Assembly: GCA_963722385.1 (NCBI GenBank)
Contig: CAVRKK010000002.1
Coordinates: 1,152,001-1,216,000, forward strand
DNA from: an uncultured bacterium
GTDB lineage: Bacteria; Babelota; Babeliae; Babelales; Babelaceae
Direction of reading: 5' to 3'
DNA length: 64,000 bases
The notes under the pieces were generated by a model that saw only the letters and a program-made list of their open reading frames with translations, had not been told where the DNA came from and did not search any database. Within the stretch, counting starts at the first letter, position 1, and the number at the start of each line of letters is the position of its first letter. Below are positions 28,673 through 39,333 of this stretch, piece by piece. The position numbers and the translations under genes are program-made.

Positions 28673-31600
28673 ATGTCCGCTTATTATCTTAAGTATTTTT
28701 TATTAGGCATCTTGTTTTTATGTACTACTCAGTTGCAAGCAGTACTCTGCAGGCTGACAGGGACAAGTTATGCTTCGTCTGCTCAATTAGATCCAACTTC
28801 TGTAGCTTTTTCTCCTAATGGTTCTTATGCGGCTACCGCTAACGGGGGCTCAGATGGTGTAACATTATTTACGATAGGAGCTGGAGGCGTGGCGAGCAGC
28901 CAAAATTCGTATGCATTGCCAAGCGGCTCAAGTGCCCCTATCTCAGTAGCATTTTCACCTGATGGGTCTTATCTTGCTACCGCTAATTTTGAGTCAAATG
29001 ATGTAACGGTATTTCAGGTAGGAGCTGGTGTACTATCAGAGGCAACATCATATGCACTACCAAGTGGTTCTTCAGATCTTTATTCAGTAGCGTTTTCACC
29101 TGATGGGTCTTATCTTGCTACTGCTAATATTGGGTCAAGTGATGTAACGATATTTCAAGTAGGAACAGGAGGAATGTTATCAGGAGCAATTTCTTATACA
29201 TTACCAAGCGGTTCTAGCGGTCCCGCTTCGGTAGCATTTTCACCTAATGGGTCGTATCTTGCTACTGCTGACTACGGCAATTATAGTTATGGTGGTGGAA
29301 CTACAGTAACAATATTTCAAGTAGGAACAGGGGGAACTTTATCAGGAGCAATTTCTTATACATTATCAAGCGGTTCTAGCGGTCCTGGCTCAGTAGCATT
29401 TTCACCTAATGGGTCGTATCTTGCTACTGCTGACTACCGTGATAATGATGGAATTACAGTAACGATATTTCAGGTAGGAGCGGGAGGAGTGTTATCGGGA
29501 GCAGTGTCATATGCATTACCAAACGGTTCTACTGGTCCTTATTCAGTAGCGTTTTCACCCAATGGTTTATATCTCGCTACTGCTAATTATTCAGGTAATA
29601 TAACAATATTTCAAGTAGGAACAGGAGGAGTGCTATCGGGAGCAGCGTCATATGCATTGCCAATCGGTTCTAACTCCCCTTTATCAGTAGCATTTTCACC
29701 CAATGGAGCCTATCTCGCTACCGCTAATGAAGGGTCAAATGATGTCACCATATTTCAGGTAGGGGCTGGCGGAGTATTATCGGGAGCAGTGTCATATGCA
29801 TTGCCAATCGGTTCTAACTCCCCTTTATCAGTAGCATTTTCACCCAATGGAGCCTATCTCGCTACTGCTAATCTTGACAGTAATGTAACAATGTTCCAGG
29901 TAGGAGCGGGAGGAGTGTTATCGGGAGCAACATCCTATGCATTACCAAACAGTTATTCTGTCCCTTACTCAGTAACATTTTCACCAGATGGATTCTACCT
30001 TGTTACTGCTAATAGCAGCTCAAATGATGTAACGATATTTCAGGTAGGAGCGGGAGGAGTGTTATCGGGAGCAACATCGTATACTTTGCCAAGTGGTTCT
30101 AGCGATCCTTGGTCTGTGGCCTTTTCACCGGATGGGTCATATCTTGCTACTGCTAATAGCAGCTCAAATGATGTAACGATATTTCAGGTAGGAGCGGGAG
30201 GAGTGTTATCGGGAGCAGTTTCATATGCATTACCAAGTGGTTCTGGTGGCCCTCAATCAGTAGCATTTTCACCCAGTGGCTCATATCTTGCTACTGCTAA
30301 CTACGATTCAAATGATGTAACAATATTTCAGGTAGGAGCAGGAGGAGTGCTCTCGGGAACAACTTCTTATGCATTACCAAGCGGTTCTTCCGTACCTGTT
30401 TCGGTAGCCTTTTCACCTAATGGATCTTATCTTGCTACTGCTAATAGTTATAACCCTGGAGATGTAACACTATTTCAAGTAGGAGCAGGAGGAGTGCTAT
30501 CAGGGGGAATATCGTATGCATTACCAAGCGGTTCTACCTATCCTTATTCAGTGGCATTTTCACCTGATGGCTTATATCTTGCCACAACAGGCTCAAACAA
30601 TGTAACAATATTCCAGGTTGGAGTAGGAGGTATTCTAACAAGACCAGCTTCCTACGCTTTGCCTGGTGGCTATAGCCGTCCTGTTGCAGTAGCATTTTCG
30701 CCCAACAGCTTGTATCTTGCTAGCGCTAATAACGATCAATTCTTCTTCGCGTATAGCAACAAAATAGTTACCATTTTTAACTGTGGCAGTTTTTCAAGCA
30801 CCTTTACGTCGGTTTCTTTACCTCCAGACTCTAAAAATCCAGCGGCAGTTACTTTTTCCAACAATGAACAGTATTTAGCAACAGCAAACCAAAACTCAGA
30901 TGATGTAACTCTTTTTCAAATAAACCCAGTTAATGCTACAAAACTTCTCTCTCTTGGAGTATCGTACCCATTGCCAATAAGCTCGCTTGGCCCCGTAGGA
31001 ATTACATTCTCGCCAAACAGTATATACCTTGCAACAGCAAACAGTAACTCAAGTGACGTAACTCTTTTTAAAGTTTCAGGAGGACAGTTAGCAGGAGCAA
31101 GCTCTTACGCGTTACCAGGTGGTTCTATAAACCCTCATGCCATTGCCTTTTCTTCCGACAATAACTACCTCGCCACAGCGAACAGTGGTTCAAATGACGT
31201 CACCCTTTTTAACTTTGTAGCAGGAATTCTCAACAATCCTCTTTCCTATTCTTTACCAATTAACTCTACTCAGCCAGTGGCGTTAACCTTTACGCCAGAT
31301 AATAGCCATCTGGTTACCGCAAATGCTCGATCATACGATGTAACTCTTTTCAAATTAACAAATGGCATACTCAGCAACGGCATGTCAAAGCCACTGCCAA
31401 AAATATCATCAGTGCCTAGTTCTGTTGTCTCGTTCGTAGATACTAATGAAAATACCGTTATTGTTGTTGCTAATAGTGGCTCCGATGATATTACGCTCTT
31501 TGCTATTGTTGGTGGCGCTTTATCAGAAGGACAATCACGCCAAATAGCCCAAGGCAATGCCCAGCCAGGATCCATTAGTCTGTCAGCCGATGGTTCTTTT

Positions 31601-32029
31601 CTTGCAACCAGCAATAGTGGCTCTGACACGATCGCTCTCATTGAATTGTCAAAAGACGCTGTTTTGGGAAATCGTACGACGCATATTTTACCTGGCAATT
31701 CTACCTACTGTGTATCAATAGCTTTCTCTCCAATTCTTTCAGACACGGGAAATGCTCTCCTTGCTACTGCCAACTTCTACTCCGACGATGTATCAATCTC
31801 CCAAATTTTTGGATCAAGCAGCACGGGAGGATATTCAGGAGATGGTAGTGGTAGCTCTCCTAATATTGGCATCATCATAGGGCCTATTATCGGTGGTGTT
31901 GGCGCTTTAACAGGCGTTGTGATAATTGGCATAGCCGCTTACTTTGCCTGGAAGTACTTTACTCGCCATCGTGGTAGAGGTAGCGTTAATTACTCGCCAG
32001 ATGTAGCACCTGTGGGACAAGAGTTATAA
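28673..32029 (+). CDS. Single-pass membrane protein with 21 beta-propeller blades (lactonase/WD40-like)
   Basis: Signal peptide; 14 near-identical ~46-aa repeats YALPSGS..P.SVAFSP.G.YLATAN..S.DVTIFQVG plus 7 divergent ones; Gly/Ser linker; TM helix; short tail. Confidence 0.93.
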   Translation: MSAYYLKYFLLGILFLCTTQLQAVLCRLTGTSYASSAQLDPTSVAFSPNGSYAATANGGSDGVTLFTIGAGGVASSQNSYALPSGSSAPISVAFSPDGSYLATANFESNDVTVFQVGAGVLSEATSYALPSGSSDLYSVAFSPDGSYLATANIGSSDVTIFQVGTGGMLSGAISYTLPSGSSGPASVAFSPNGSYLATADYGNYSYGGGTTVTIFQVGTGGTLSGAISYTLSSGSSGPGSVAFSPNGSYLATADYRDNDGITVTIFQVGAGGVLSGAVSYALPNGSTGPYSVAFSPNGLYLATANYSGNITIFQVGTGGVLSGAASYALPIGSNSPLSVAFSPNGAYLATANEGSNDVTIFQVGAGGVLSGAVSYALPIGSNSPLSVAFSPNGAYLATANLDSNVTMFQVGAGGVLSGATSYALPNSYSVPYSVTFSPDGFYLVTANSSSNDVTIFQVGAGGVLSGATSYTLPSGSSDPWSVAFSPDGSYLATANSSSNDVTIFQVGAGGVLSGAVSYALPSGSGGPQSVAFSPSGSYLATANYDSNDVTIFQVGAGGVLSGTTSYALPSGSSVPVSVAFSPNGSYLATANSYNPGDVTLFQVGAGGVLSGGISYALPSGSTYPYSVAFSPDGLYLATTGSNNVTIFQVGVGGILTRPASYALPGGYSRPVAVAFSPNSLYLASANNDQFFFAYSNKIVTIFNCGSFSSTFTSVSLPPDSKNPAAVTFSNNEQYLATANQNSDDVTLFQINPVNATKLLSLGVSYPLPISSLGPVGITFSPNSIYLATANSNSSDVTLFKVSGGQLAGASSYALPGGSINPHAIAFSSDNNYLATANSGSNDVTLFNFVAGILNNPLSYSLPINSTQPVALTFTPDNSHLVTANARSYDVTLFKLTNGILSNGMSKPLPKISSVPSSVVSFVDTNENTVIVVANSGSDDITLFAIVGGALSEGQSRQIAQGNAQPGSISLSADGSFLATSNSGSDTIALIELSKDAVLGNRTTHILPGNSTYCVSIAFSPILSDTGNALLATANFYSDDVSISQIFGSSSTGGYSGDGSGSSPNIGIIIGPIIGGVGALTGVVIIGIAAYFAWKYFTRHRGRGSVNYSPDVAPVGQEL

Positions 32030-32399
32030 AAGTTTCATGAGGTTAGCATCGCCTTACCTATGCGTATATTGTGTCGCCTATAGGAGGCAGGTGCTGCTAG
32101 GGCCCGGCCCGAGGTGTCCTGCATTGTCGTGGTTGTTGCGCTAGGCAAATACAAAAAGAGCTTTTTTAACGCTTATTCTCTTAATAAAGTTGGTTAACTA
32201 AAATGTCTTTGAGCTATGCCTGTTAAGATATCGCCAAGCATTTCGATATTATTCATGGATAGTTTAGATTTACCTGCCAAAATCTTTTTCCAGGCTTGAA
32301 TACAGTTATCTAAAGAAACTATGGTATAAGGTGGGCAATCGAGGTAAATATACTCGTTGTTAAGATTCTCAAGGTACTAATTCAGGAGCACCAGGAATA

Positions 32400-32500
32400 G
32401 TGCTTACACCATTTAAAAGCAGCAATCCTATTATACATAACGCTGGTCAAGCAAATGCTGTAGCTGTACAAAAGGATGGTAAAATCCTTCTTGCAGGATC
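32400..32500 (+). pseudogene. Fragment of a delta-60-repeat protein gene
   Basis: QANAVAVQKDGKILLAG, joined directly to transposase relic. Confidence 0.6.
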
Positions 32501-33657
32501 AAGATGTGAGCTAATAGAAACATGGGGAATGGAGCAAGAAAAGCAAAAAGCAGATGAAGCGCAGCTGAATAATTCGCAGCTGAGACGACATTCAAAAAAA
32601 ATTATACTGGCAAATAAAATGTGGCCAAGTAACAGTTAAAGAAACGATATTTATCGAAAACGGCAAAGTAAGAAGGCTTTTTTCTGAATCAGCGCGAGTA
32701 ACCTGTAGGGGTATTCAGGGCCATTACAGCGGTATTGGTAGACTTTGGCGCAGATGTGTCATTTGCTGATGCTGCCAAAAAAAATCAAAGAGCATTATGG
32801 CATCGATATTCCAGCAAGTAGTATCAGGCTTATTGTAGAAAAGCATGCATATGAAATGGCGCAATCAAACAATAATCCAGTAAACAATAAGTAGGTTCAG
32901 AGCATATCATAGGAAAATTGGATGGTAGTTCCAATAGTAACAATTGGACAAGCTGAAGATAAAAGAAAAGCGCAAAAAACAGGATGGCAAGAAGCAAGGT
33001 TATCACTTGCATACGCAAAAGGAAGTATATCGCCTATATACCGAGCAACATTGGGCTCGACTGATGATGCTGGTAATCAGCTAGCAGAAGTTGTTGATGC
33101 AGCCGGAAGGAACGAATCAACTTGCATACACATCGTAAGCGATGGTGCGCCATGGATAGCGGAGCAGGTTGAAAGAGTCATTGGAAGCTCAGCGTATTAT
33201 CTAATAGACTTTATCATCTAAGTACATATCTGAGCGAAGCGGCGAATTGCTGCGCCCCATCGGAAAAAGATAGTTGGCTTAAGCTAAAACAAGCTCTTGT
33301 TAAAGAAAACAAAGCCGAATTGATCATACAAGAGCTTGAAGAGCATATAAAACAAGATCAGGAAGGTTCTCATATCTGTGGTGTTAAAACATGCTATCAG
33401 TACATGATAAAGCGCATGCATCAACTTGATTACCAAAGCGTGCTAGCATCCGATCTGCCAATTGGATCAGGAAGCATAGAAAGCGCGCATAAATCTATTA
33501 TTCAGAAGAGGCTTAAGCTTTCAGGCGCCTGGTGGCTAGAATGCAACGCGTAGGCTATGCTTTCTATGCGTACTGCTCGAGCTAACGGCGCTTGGAACAG
33601 TTACTGGGCACAGCGCTCTCCTAGCTCTCGCTTTCACTAACACTTTTGTTTGCACCC
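32500..33657 (+). mobile_element. ISKra4-family IS, degenerate and 5'-truncated, copy B
   Basis: WQEARLSLAY, SDGAPWI, LPIGSGSIESAHK..RLKLSGAWW; several frameshifts; terminal CACTTTTGTTTGCACCC. Confidence 0.9.
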
Positions 33658-34008
33658 GGCGTCAAACGAGGCAAATTGAGCCTGCGTATAATAGACAGCC
33701 CATTGGCCAGGATTTTTGTTCTGCTGTGTTAAAAACTAAAAACTAATTTTTAGATATTTTTTGTCTTTGAGTTGGTCAGGCAAGAAGGATCGCTGGTTTG
33801 CATCATCAAAGACAATCGTCAATGATATGGCGAGTAAACATTTTCCACCTGCTTATTGTTTTTTCTTCAAGCAGCCCTGCTGCGTCTTCGCGTTTGCGTA
33901 AATTCAAATGATACGATAAACTTACCAATAAAGCCTTAAAGGTCAAGTTTGACCTATCTCTGGCCAACTTCATGCTTCTATTTTCGATCAAGGAAGGATC
34001 ATCGCTGT

Positions 34009-35544
34009 ATGAAATTTAAAGATCTGCTTATACCGCTTGCCCTATCATTAGTAACGGCATGGGGAATTCATTATTTTATTTCCCGCAATGCCCAGAAAGA
34101 GGGCTCTGTCTTGCGCCCTGGGCAAAGCTTTACCGCCCTTACGCAGGAAGAAATCAATCAGCAGATAGCCCAGCCTCTTCTAACAACGGTATCATTTCTC
34201 CCCCCTACGGGCACTGCTGAGAAAATAACCATAAATACCTCTTATGGGGTTGCCCAGTTTACTACCGAGTCCGGATCATTGGACATGCTGAGTTTTAGGC
34301 GTATGCTGAGCGGTAAAGAGCGCGTGCTTATTCCTGTTGATGCGCAACAAAATATTGAGCGGGCTGGATTTATGGTGGCGTTAGATAGCCAAACGCCGCT
34401 CACGTACGCTTTGACTGACAAACAAGAGGCTGCCGACCATACACGTCTGACATATCGTGGTCAAGGACCTACGGCCCATATCACCAAAGAATTTACCGTT
34501 TATAACGATGTGCCTCGAATAGACGTACGGCTCACGATCGAGCCACAAGAGAGCGCTGGCGTCCGAGCACGTATCATGGTGCCTTCGCCCCTGGTGGCAG
34601 AAGCCGACCAAGATTATGTTCCGCAAGGGCTTGTCTATACTGACCGGCAGCGACTCCAGAAACAAAAGATAGGTCAATTAGTTCACCAGTTCTGGTTTGC
34701 GCCCTCATTGCTTGGTGCTGAGGATCGCTATTTTATTAATGCCCTTGTCAGTGACCCCGATAGCTTTACGCGCCGTGCGTATTATACCGGTGCAACGCCA
34801 GAAACGTTATCATTTATTCTCGAAGGCTCTGTTGTTAAAGAACCACGAACATGGAATCTATCATTTTATTGTGGGCCCAAAGACGCCCATGTCATGGAAA
34901 AAGTTGATAAGCGACTCGATGCTGCGTTAGATTACGGGTGGCTGTCACCGCTCGTTAAGATACTCTTAAGCGCGCTTAAATTTCTGTACCAGTATGTTAA
35001 AAATTATGGCTGGGCCATTATTTTGCTGACCTTGCTTATGCGCTTATTGCTGATACCATTAACGTTTAGAAGCAGCAAGGCTATGGAGAAGCAGAAGGAA
35101 TTCCAGCGCAAAATGCAGTATATTGAGCAAAAATATAAGAATGATCCGGATGCCCTTAATCGTGAACGTATGGAGCTTACCCGGAAGTATGGCCTTACCA
35201 ATGTTCTTGGGTGCCTGCCGCAGCTCGCTCAGTTGCCGATTCTGCTTGCTTTAAATAGGCTTTTGTCCACATCGGTGGAGCTTTACCAAGCGCCTTTTGC
35301 GGGATGGATCACCGATCTGTCAGCTCGTGATCCATATTATGTGTTGCCGGTGCTTGCTGGCGTGGGCTTGTTCATTCAGGTGAGTACTGATGCAGATGCA
35401 CGCCGCGGTATTACCATGCTTTTGTTTGCTGCATTGCTTGTCGCGCTGACAGCACATTTATCAGCAGGATTAACGCTGTATTTGTGTATTAGCACCTGGT
35501 TAAGTATTGGGCAGACATATCTCCAAAAGGCTTTGAAGATATGA
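34009..35544 (+). CDS. yidC: Membrane protein insertase YidC
   Basis: FYCGPK, LDYGW, NYGWAII.LT...R..L.PL, GCLP...QLPI, WITDLSARDPYY.LP. Confidence 0.95.
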   Translation: MKFKDLLIPLALSLVTAWGIHYFISRNAQKEGSVLRPGQSFTALTQEEINQQIAQPLLTTVSFLPPTGTAEKITINTSYGVAQFTTESGSLDMLSFRRMLSGKERVLIPVDAQQNIERAGFMVALDSQTPLTYALTDKQEAADHTRLTYRGQGPTAHITKEFTVYNDVPRIDVRLTIEPQESAGVRARIMVPSPLVAEADQDYVPQGLVYTDRQRLQKQKIGQLVHQFWFAPSLLGAEDRYFINALVSDPDSFTRRAYYTGATPETLSFILEGSVVKEPRTWNLSFYCGPKDAHVMEKVDKRLDAALDYGWLSPLVKILLSALKFLYQYVKNYGWAIILLTLLMRLLLIPLTFRSSKAMEKQKEFQRKMQYIEQKYKNDPDALNRERMELTRKYGLTNVLGCLPQLAQLPILLALNRLLSTSVELYQAPFAGWITDLSARDPYYVLPVLAGVGLFIQVSTDADARRGITMLLFAALLVALTAHLSAGLTLYLCISTWLSIGQTYLQKALKI

Positions 35545-36164
35545 TCGATAAGCTACCAACGCTGACAAACCTGCTCAAGCAGCTCCAGCAGGTGCCTTAT
35601 TTGGCATCAAAGCATTTTTACCGTGTTGCTAACCACTTCTTGGAAATGAGCCCTGAGCGGATTGAACAGTTTTGTAGTCTTTTGATAGCGGCGCGCAAGC
35701 AGCTTGCTAAATGCGCGACATGCTGGAGTTGGAAGGAGACTTCAGCAGCTTGTATTTTTTGTTCAGATGCTAAGCGTAATCAGCGCGTGGTATGTGTTGT
35801 GGAGACGTGGTATGATCTTTGGGCATTAGAACGTGCTGGCGGCTATCAGGGGGTCTATCATGTGCTTGGTGGTTCGATTTGCCCTTTGGACGGCGTAGGA
35901 CCTGAAGACTTGACGATACAGCATCTCATTGAACGGGTAGCACGTGGCTGCGACGAGATTATTTTGGCATTGAGCCAGACACCTGAAGGCGAGGCGACAG
36001 GTGCTTTTATAGGGCGCAGGCTGGAACAGAGTGCAACCCTTGACGGAATTACCACGTCTACAAAAATTACCTGCTTAGCACGCGGTATTCCCGTTGGCTC
36101 ATCATTGGAGACGCTTGATCGGTTAACGCTCCATAAAGCGCTGAATGAACGACGACCATTTTGA
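35541..36164 (+). CDS. recR: Recombination mediator RecR
   Basis: CxxC...CxxC, VCVVE, YHVLGG.I.PLDG.GP, EGEAT, LARGIPVG. Confidence 0.96.
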   Translation: MIDKLPTLTNLLKQLQQVPYLASKHFYRVANHFLEMSPERIEQFCSLLIAARKQLAKCATCWSWKETSAACIFCSDAKRNQRVVCVVETWYDLWALERAGGYQGVYHVLGGSICPLDGVGPEDLTIQHLIERVARGCDEIILALSQTPEGEATGAFIGRRLEQSATLDGITTSTKITCLARGIPVGSSLETLDRLTLHKALNERRPF

Positions 36165-36195
36165 TTGTTAATTATTTTTTTTGAGAGTGGTAGCT

Positions 36196-37521
36196 ATGCA
36201 AAATCAGCACAAGCAACATGAAATGTACAAATTGAGGCGCCAAAATCTTGTTAAGCTTATCAAAGAGCAGTACCCGGATGTCCGCTCCGGGGTTATTATG
36301 CTTATCGCAGGATTTGAGCAGTCACGCTACGAATTTCGTCAGGAAAGTTCCTTTTATTACTTTACGGGCATAGAGGAGCCTGGCATAATTTTGTTGATTG
36401 ACCTGGATGGACAAACAACGCTGTATGCGCCCCACTATGCGACCGATCGGGCCCAATGGGCATCCGACAGCGTAGCGCCTGGTACCGGTCAAGCTGAAAA
36501 GCGAGGAGTTGATACGGTTGAATTTTTAGGCAAATCGGTGGATGGGTATGTTTTTCCCTTACTTTTTAATAATGACCATGTGGCTTTTTTGGTCGAAAAA
36601 CTTAAGCATGTCAGCCAGCAAGGCGGGGTGATATTTTCTCTTAATAACAGCAATCCACGTGCTTATACTGAACAAAAGATAGCGCTTGAACGCTTGCAAA
36701 GCTTTATGGCTACTAAGCAAGAGGTAAAAGATATAGCGGCCATGGTTGCGCGGCTGAGAAGGGTCAAATCGCGTTACGAGATTGAGCAACTTTACAAAGC
36801 GGTTGAGCTTACCATGATTGCGCAGGAGGGAGCGGCAGCGACGCTCGAAGAAGGCAAAAAAGAGTATGAGGTTCAAGCTGGCATTGAGTATGTTTTCCGC
36901 GAAGGGAATGCCCGCTTAGCTTTTTCCTCTATCGTAGCAACGGGCAGTAATACGGTGGTTTTGCACTATAGGGCGGGCACGCGCAGCATGAAGCCCCAGG
37001 ACCTTGTTGTCATTGATATCGGGGCCGAGGTTAATTATTATTGTGCAGACCTAACGCGCACGTATCCTGTGTCAGGAACTTTTACCAAAAGGCAACGTGA
37101 GGTCTATAATATCGTGCTTGATGCTCAAGAATATATCGCGAGTATCGCAGCGCCGGGCTACTGGCTTAATAATAAAAAAGAAGAAAAAAAATCGCTCAAT
37201 CATTTGGCGCAGGAATACTTGGGCAAAAAGGGATATGGCGCCTACTTTTCCCATTCTATCGGGCATTATTTGGGCCTTGATGTACATGATGTCGGTAGTT
37301 ATGAGGAGCCATTACAAGAGAACGATGTTATCACGATTGAGCCAGGCATCTATCTACCCGAGGAAGGCTTTGGTATACGTATCGAAGATGATTACTGGGT
37401 CATTAAAGATAGTGTTATGTGCCTAAGTCAGGATTTAGCAAAAGATGCAGAAACTATAGAAGAGATGGCACAAGCTGAATTGACCTTAGGTGAGGAAGCG
37501 GACGAAGAGGGATTTCATTAA
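36196..37521 (+). CDS. pepP: Xaa-Pro aminopeptidase (M24B)
   Basis: FRQES.FYY.TG, DIGAE..Y.ADLTRT, HSIGHYLGLDVHD, TIEPGIY, GIRIEDD. Confidence 0.95.
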   Translation: MQNQHKQHEMYKLRRQNLVKLIKEQYPDVRSGVIMLIAGFEQSRYEFRQESSFYYFTGIEEPGIILLIDLDGQTTLYAPHYATDRAQWASDSVAPGTGQAEKRGVDTVEFLGKSVDGYVFPLLFNNDHVAFLVEKLKHVSQQGGVIFSLNNSNPRAYTEQKIALERLQSFMATKQEVKDIAAMVARLRRVKSRYEIEQLYKAVELTMIAQEGAAATLEEGKKEYEVQAGIEYVFREGNARLAFSSIVATGSNTVVLHYRAGTRSMKPQDLVVIDIGAEVNYYCADLTRTYPVSGTFTKRQREVYNIVLDAQEYIASIAAPGYWLNNKKEEKKSLNHLAQEYLGKKGYGAYFSHSIGHYLGLDVHDVGSYEEPLQENDVITIEPGIYLPEEGFGIRIEDDYWVIKDSVMCLSQDLAKDAETIEEMAQAELTLGEEADEEGFH

Positions 37522-37694
37522 GCCTTTTTCATGAGCTCGAGAATAAGTTTAGTACGCTTGGGCGGGTTTGCGTGTCTGCTCATGCATGCACGTGAGTTGG
37601 TTCATGGCCAGGAAATTGGTTACCGTTATTGTCCAAGCGCTCGCTTAAGCTCTCAATCAACAAATTTATGCTCACCGTAGTGTAGAGAAGCTGT

Positions 37695-38456
37695 TCAAAA
37701 TCGCAATTCGCGGGTTGGCCTAGGAGTGAATTCGGCTAATAATTTTTCAAGTGCATGAAGCGCATTCGCAAAATGTTGTTGAGATAAGTGCTGATCCTGA
37801 ATATGTTGCCTACATTCTATTAACGTATATAAATTATGAATAACACCCGTGTTTAACAGTAGGCCACCAATTATAGAGGGTATGGCGCGGTGCCGGAAGG
37901 AATCAGATCTATAAGCGAACCAGAAAAGGTACGTTGCCATGACGGTGCTCGCAGCGCCGAGAGTAAAGCTTGCACCCATGTTTATTTTGGTTCTTGTTAT
38001 ACTTTTCTCGGCTTCTGTTGTTTTTTTAAGGCACCATTCCTTGAGCTCTTGAAGCTTTGTCGATGAAAGCTTTTCGCGGTTCTCGTTTCCTGATACCACG
38101 TCGTAGAATAGTTTGGTTTCGAAGAGCTTATCAGAGTCGTCATAGGTAGCTTGTGCGCCAAAGAAAGAATAGATCAAATCCCAAAAACGGTTTATTTCTC
38201 GCTCGCTATTATCTGGAATATCGCCAAGGCGTAAAGGCTTAAGGCCGTCAAGCCAAGCTTTCTGAATTTGATCATAAGTAAACAGCCATAGATCATCTGG
38301 ATCTAGCTGGGCGACGAGTGCATTGCTCTCAGAATCTAACGTGATTTCAGCTTTAACAATCTCTCTATTCACATTTTTTGATTGATCATAGAGTTTGTTA
38401 TTACCAAGCAGAGGATGCGTAGACAAAAATAGGGCAAAAAGAATAAGTTTTAGCAT
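37695..38456 (-). CDS. Hypothetical secreted/membrane protein
   Basis: MLKLILFALFL signal peptide; two C-terminal hydrophobic helices. Confidence 0.75.
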   Translation of the reverse strand: MLKLILFALFLSTHPLLGNNKLYDQSKNVNREIVKAEITLDSESNALVAQLDPDDLWLFTYDQIQKAWLDGLKPLRLGDIPDNSEREINRFWDLIYSFFGAQATYDDSDKLFETKLFYDVVSGNENREKLSSTKLQELKEWCLKKTTEAEKSITRTKINMGASFTLGAASTVMATYLFWFAYRSDSFRHRAIPSIIGGLLLNTGVIHNLYTLIECRQHIQDQHLSQQHFANALHALEKLLAEFTPRPTRELRF

Positions 38457-38639
38457 GTGTATCCTAAAGTTATGCGATATATCAATCAATGATAATAAAT
38501 AAGTGCAGTTGCGGAATATAATAGAACAAGGGTAAGAGCTTGTCAAAACAGTATTTAATCTTATATGGCTAAGATGATCAGATATCTTAACTTTGTTGTT
38601 AAGTAATTCTGTCCGTTACGGTTAAAAACGAGCTTTTAT

Positions 38640-39026
38640 TTAGATTGCTTCTATCGCGTCTTTAACGAAATTTAGGATTTTTTCCGCATCTTGAATACAT
38701 TTTTCGACTACCGTAAGATTAGGTACTATGAAGGCATCTTCTGGGTAGCGACACTTTATCGCATAAGGATTTAAATTTAAGGCTTCATCAAGTAAAGATT
38801 GAAATTCTTGATTAACCTTTATGCAAGATCTTAAAAGATCAAGGAGATTATGTGTCTTTTCTATTTCGCAGCCGTGAATAACCAGATAGGCTTTTAATGC
38901 TTTCTCGGCCGCCTGCTGGGTAAGAAAAACGGTGGGTATTACAATTATGTCATCTGATTGTATGGCTTTTTTTGCTAGTTTTAGCTCTTCTGAGCTTATC
39001 AAAAGCCATTCTTCATGCCTTTGCAT
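38640..39026 (-). CDS. HEPN-domain protein
   Basis: QQAAEKALKAYL, KTHNL..L, RYP. Confidence 0.92.
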   Translation of the reverse strand: MQRHEEWLLISSEELKLAKKAIQSDDIIVIPTVFLTQQAAEKALKAYLVIHGCEIEKTHNLLDLLRSCIKVNQEFQSLLDEALNLNPYAIKCRYPEDAFIVPNLTVVEKCIQDAEKILNFVKDAIEAI

Positions 39027-39333
39027 AGATTTTTATACCTCTATGTCTTATCTTAAAACTCAGTCGAGTTACATCTTGTGAATATGTTTCAAATTCTTGT
39101 TTTGTCAAAATGATTAGGTCCTTTGAAAATTCCAAGTCGAAAAGCTCTCTATGCCCAGCTATGAGCATCTTGTGTTTGTCGATAACATCTTCATCAACAA
39201 TAACGGCAAGATCTAAATCACTATTTTCCCTGGGTTGCCCCCAGGCGTAGGAACCAAAAAGATATATTTCTAATGGATCTAAAGCTTTAATAAGCCTTTT
39301 TTTCGCTTCTTCTATTGCTTGCCTACTTATCAT
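39013..39333 (-). CDS. Minimal nucleotidyltransferase (MNT)
   Basis: IYLFGSYAWG...SDLDL; overlaps HEPN gene. Confidence 0.92.
   Translation of the reverse strand: MISRQAIEEAKKRLIKALDPLEIYLFGSYAWGQPRENSDLDLAVIVDEDVIDKHKMLIAGHRELFDLEFSKDLIILTKQEFETYSQDVTRLSFKIRHRGIKIYAKA

Larger units (their letters stand above)
27128..33657. mobile_element. Composite transposon (two inverted ISKra4 elements plus beta-propeller cargo)
   Basis: GGCGTCAAA lies directly outside both outer IRs (25861-25869, partly duplicated at 27119-27127 by ISAs1, and 33658-33666). Confidence 0.8.

Noticed and set aside
32043..32100. Hairpin after the propeller gene as an ncRNA
   Set aside because: Adequately explained as a 3' stem or terminator
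33806..33991. ORF upstream of yidC as rnpA or yidD
   Set aside because: Wrong strand and no family motifs
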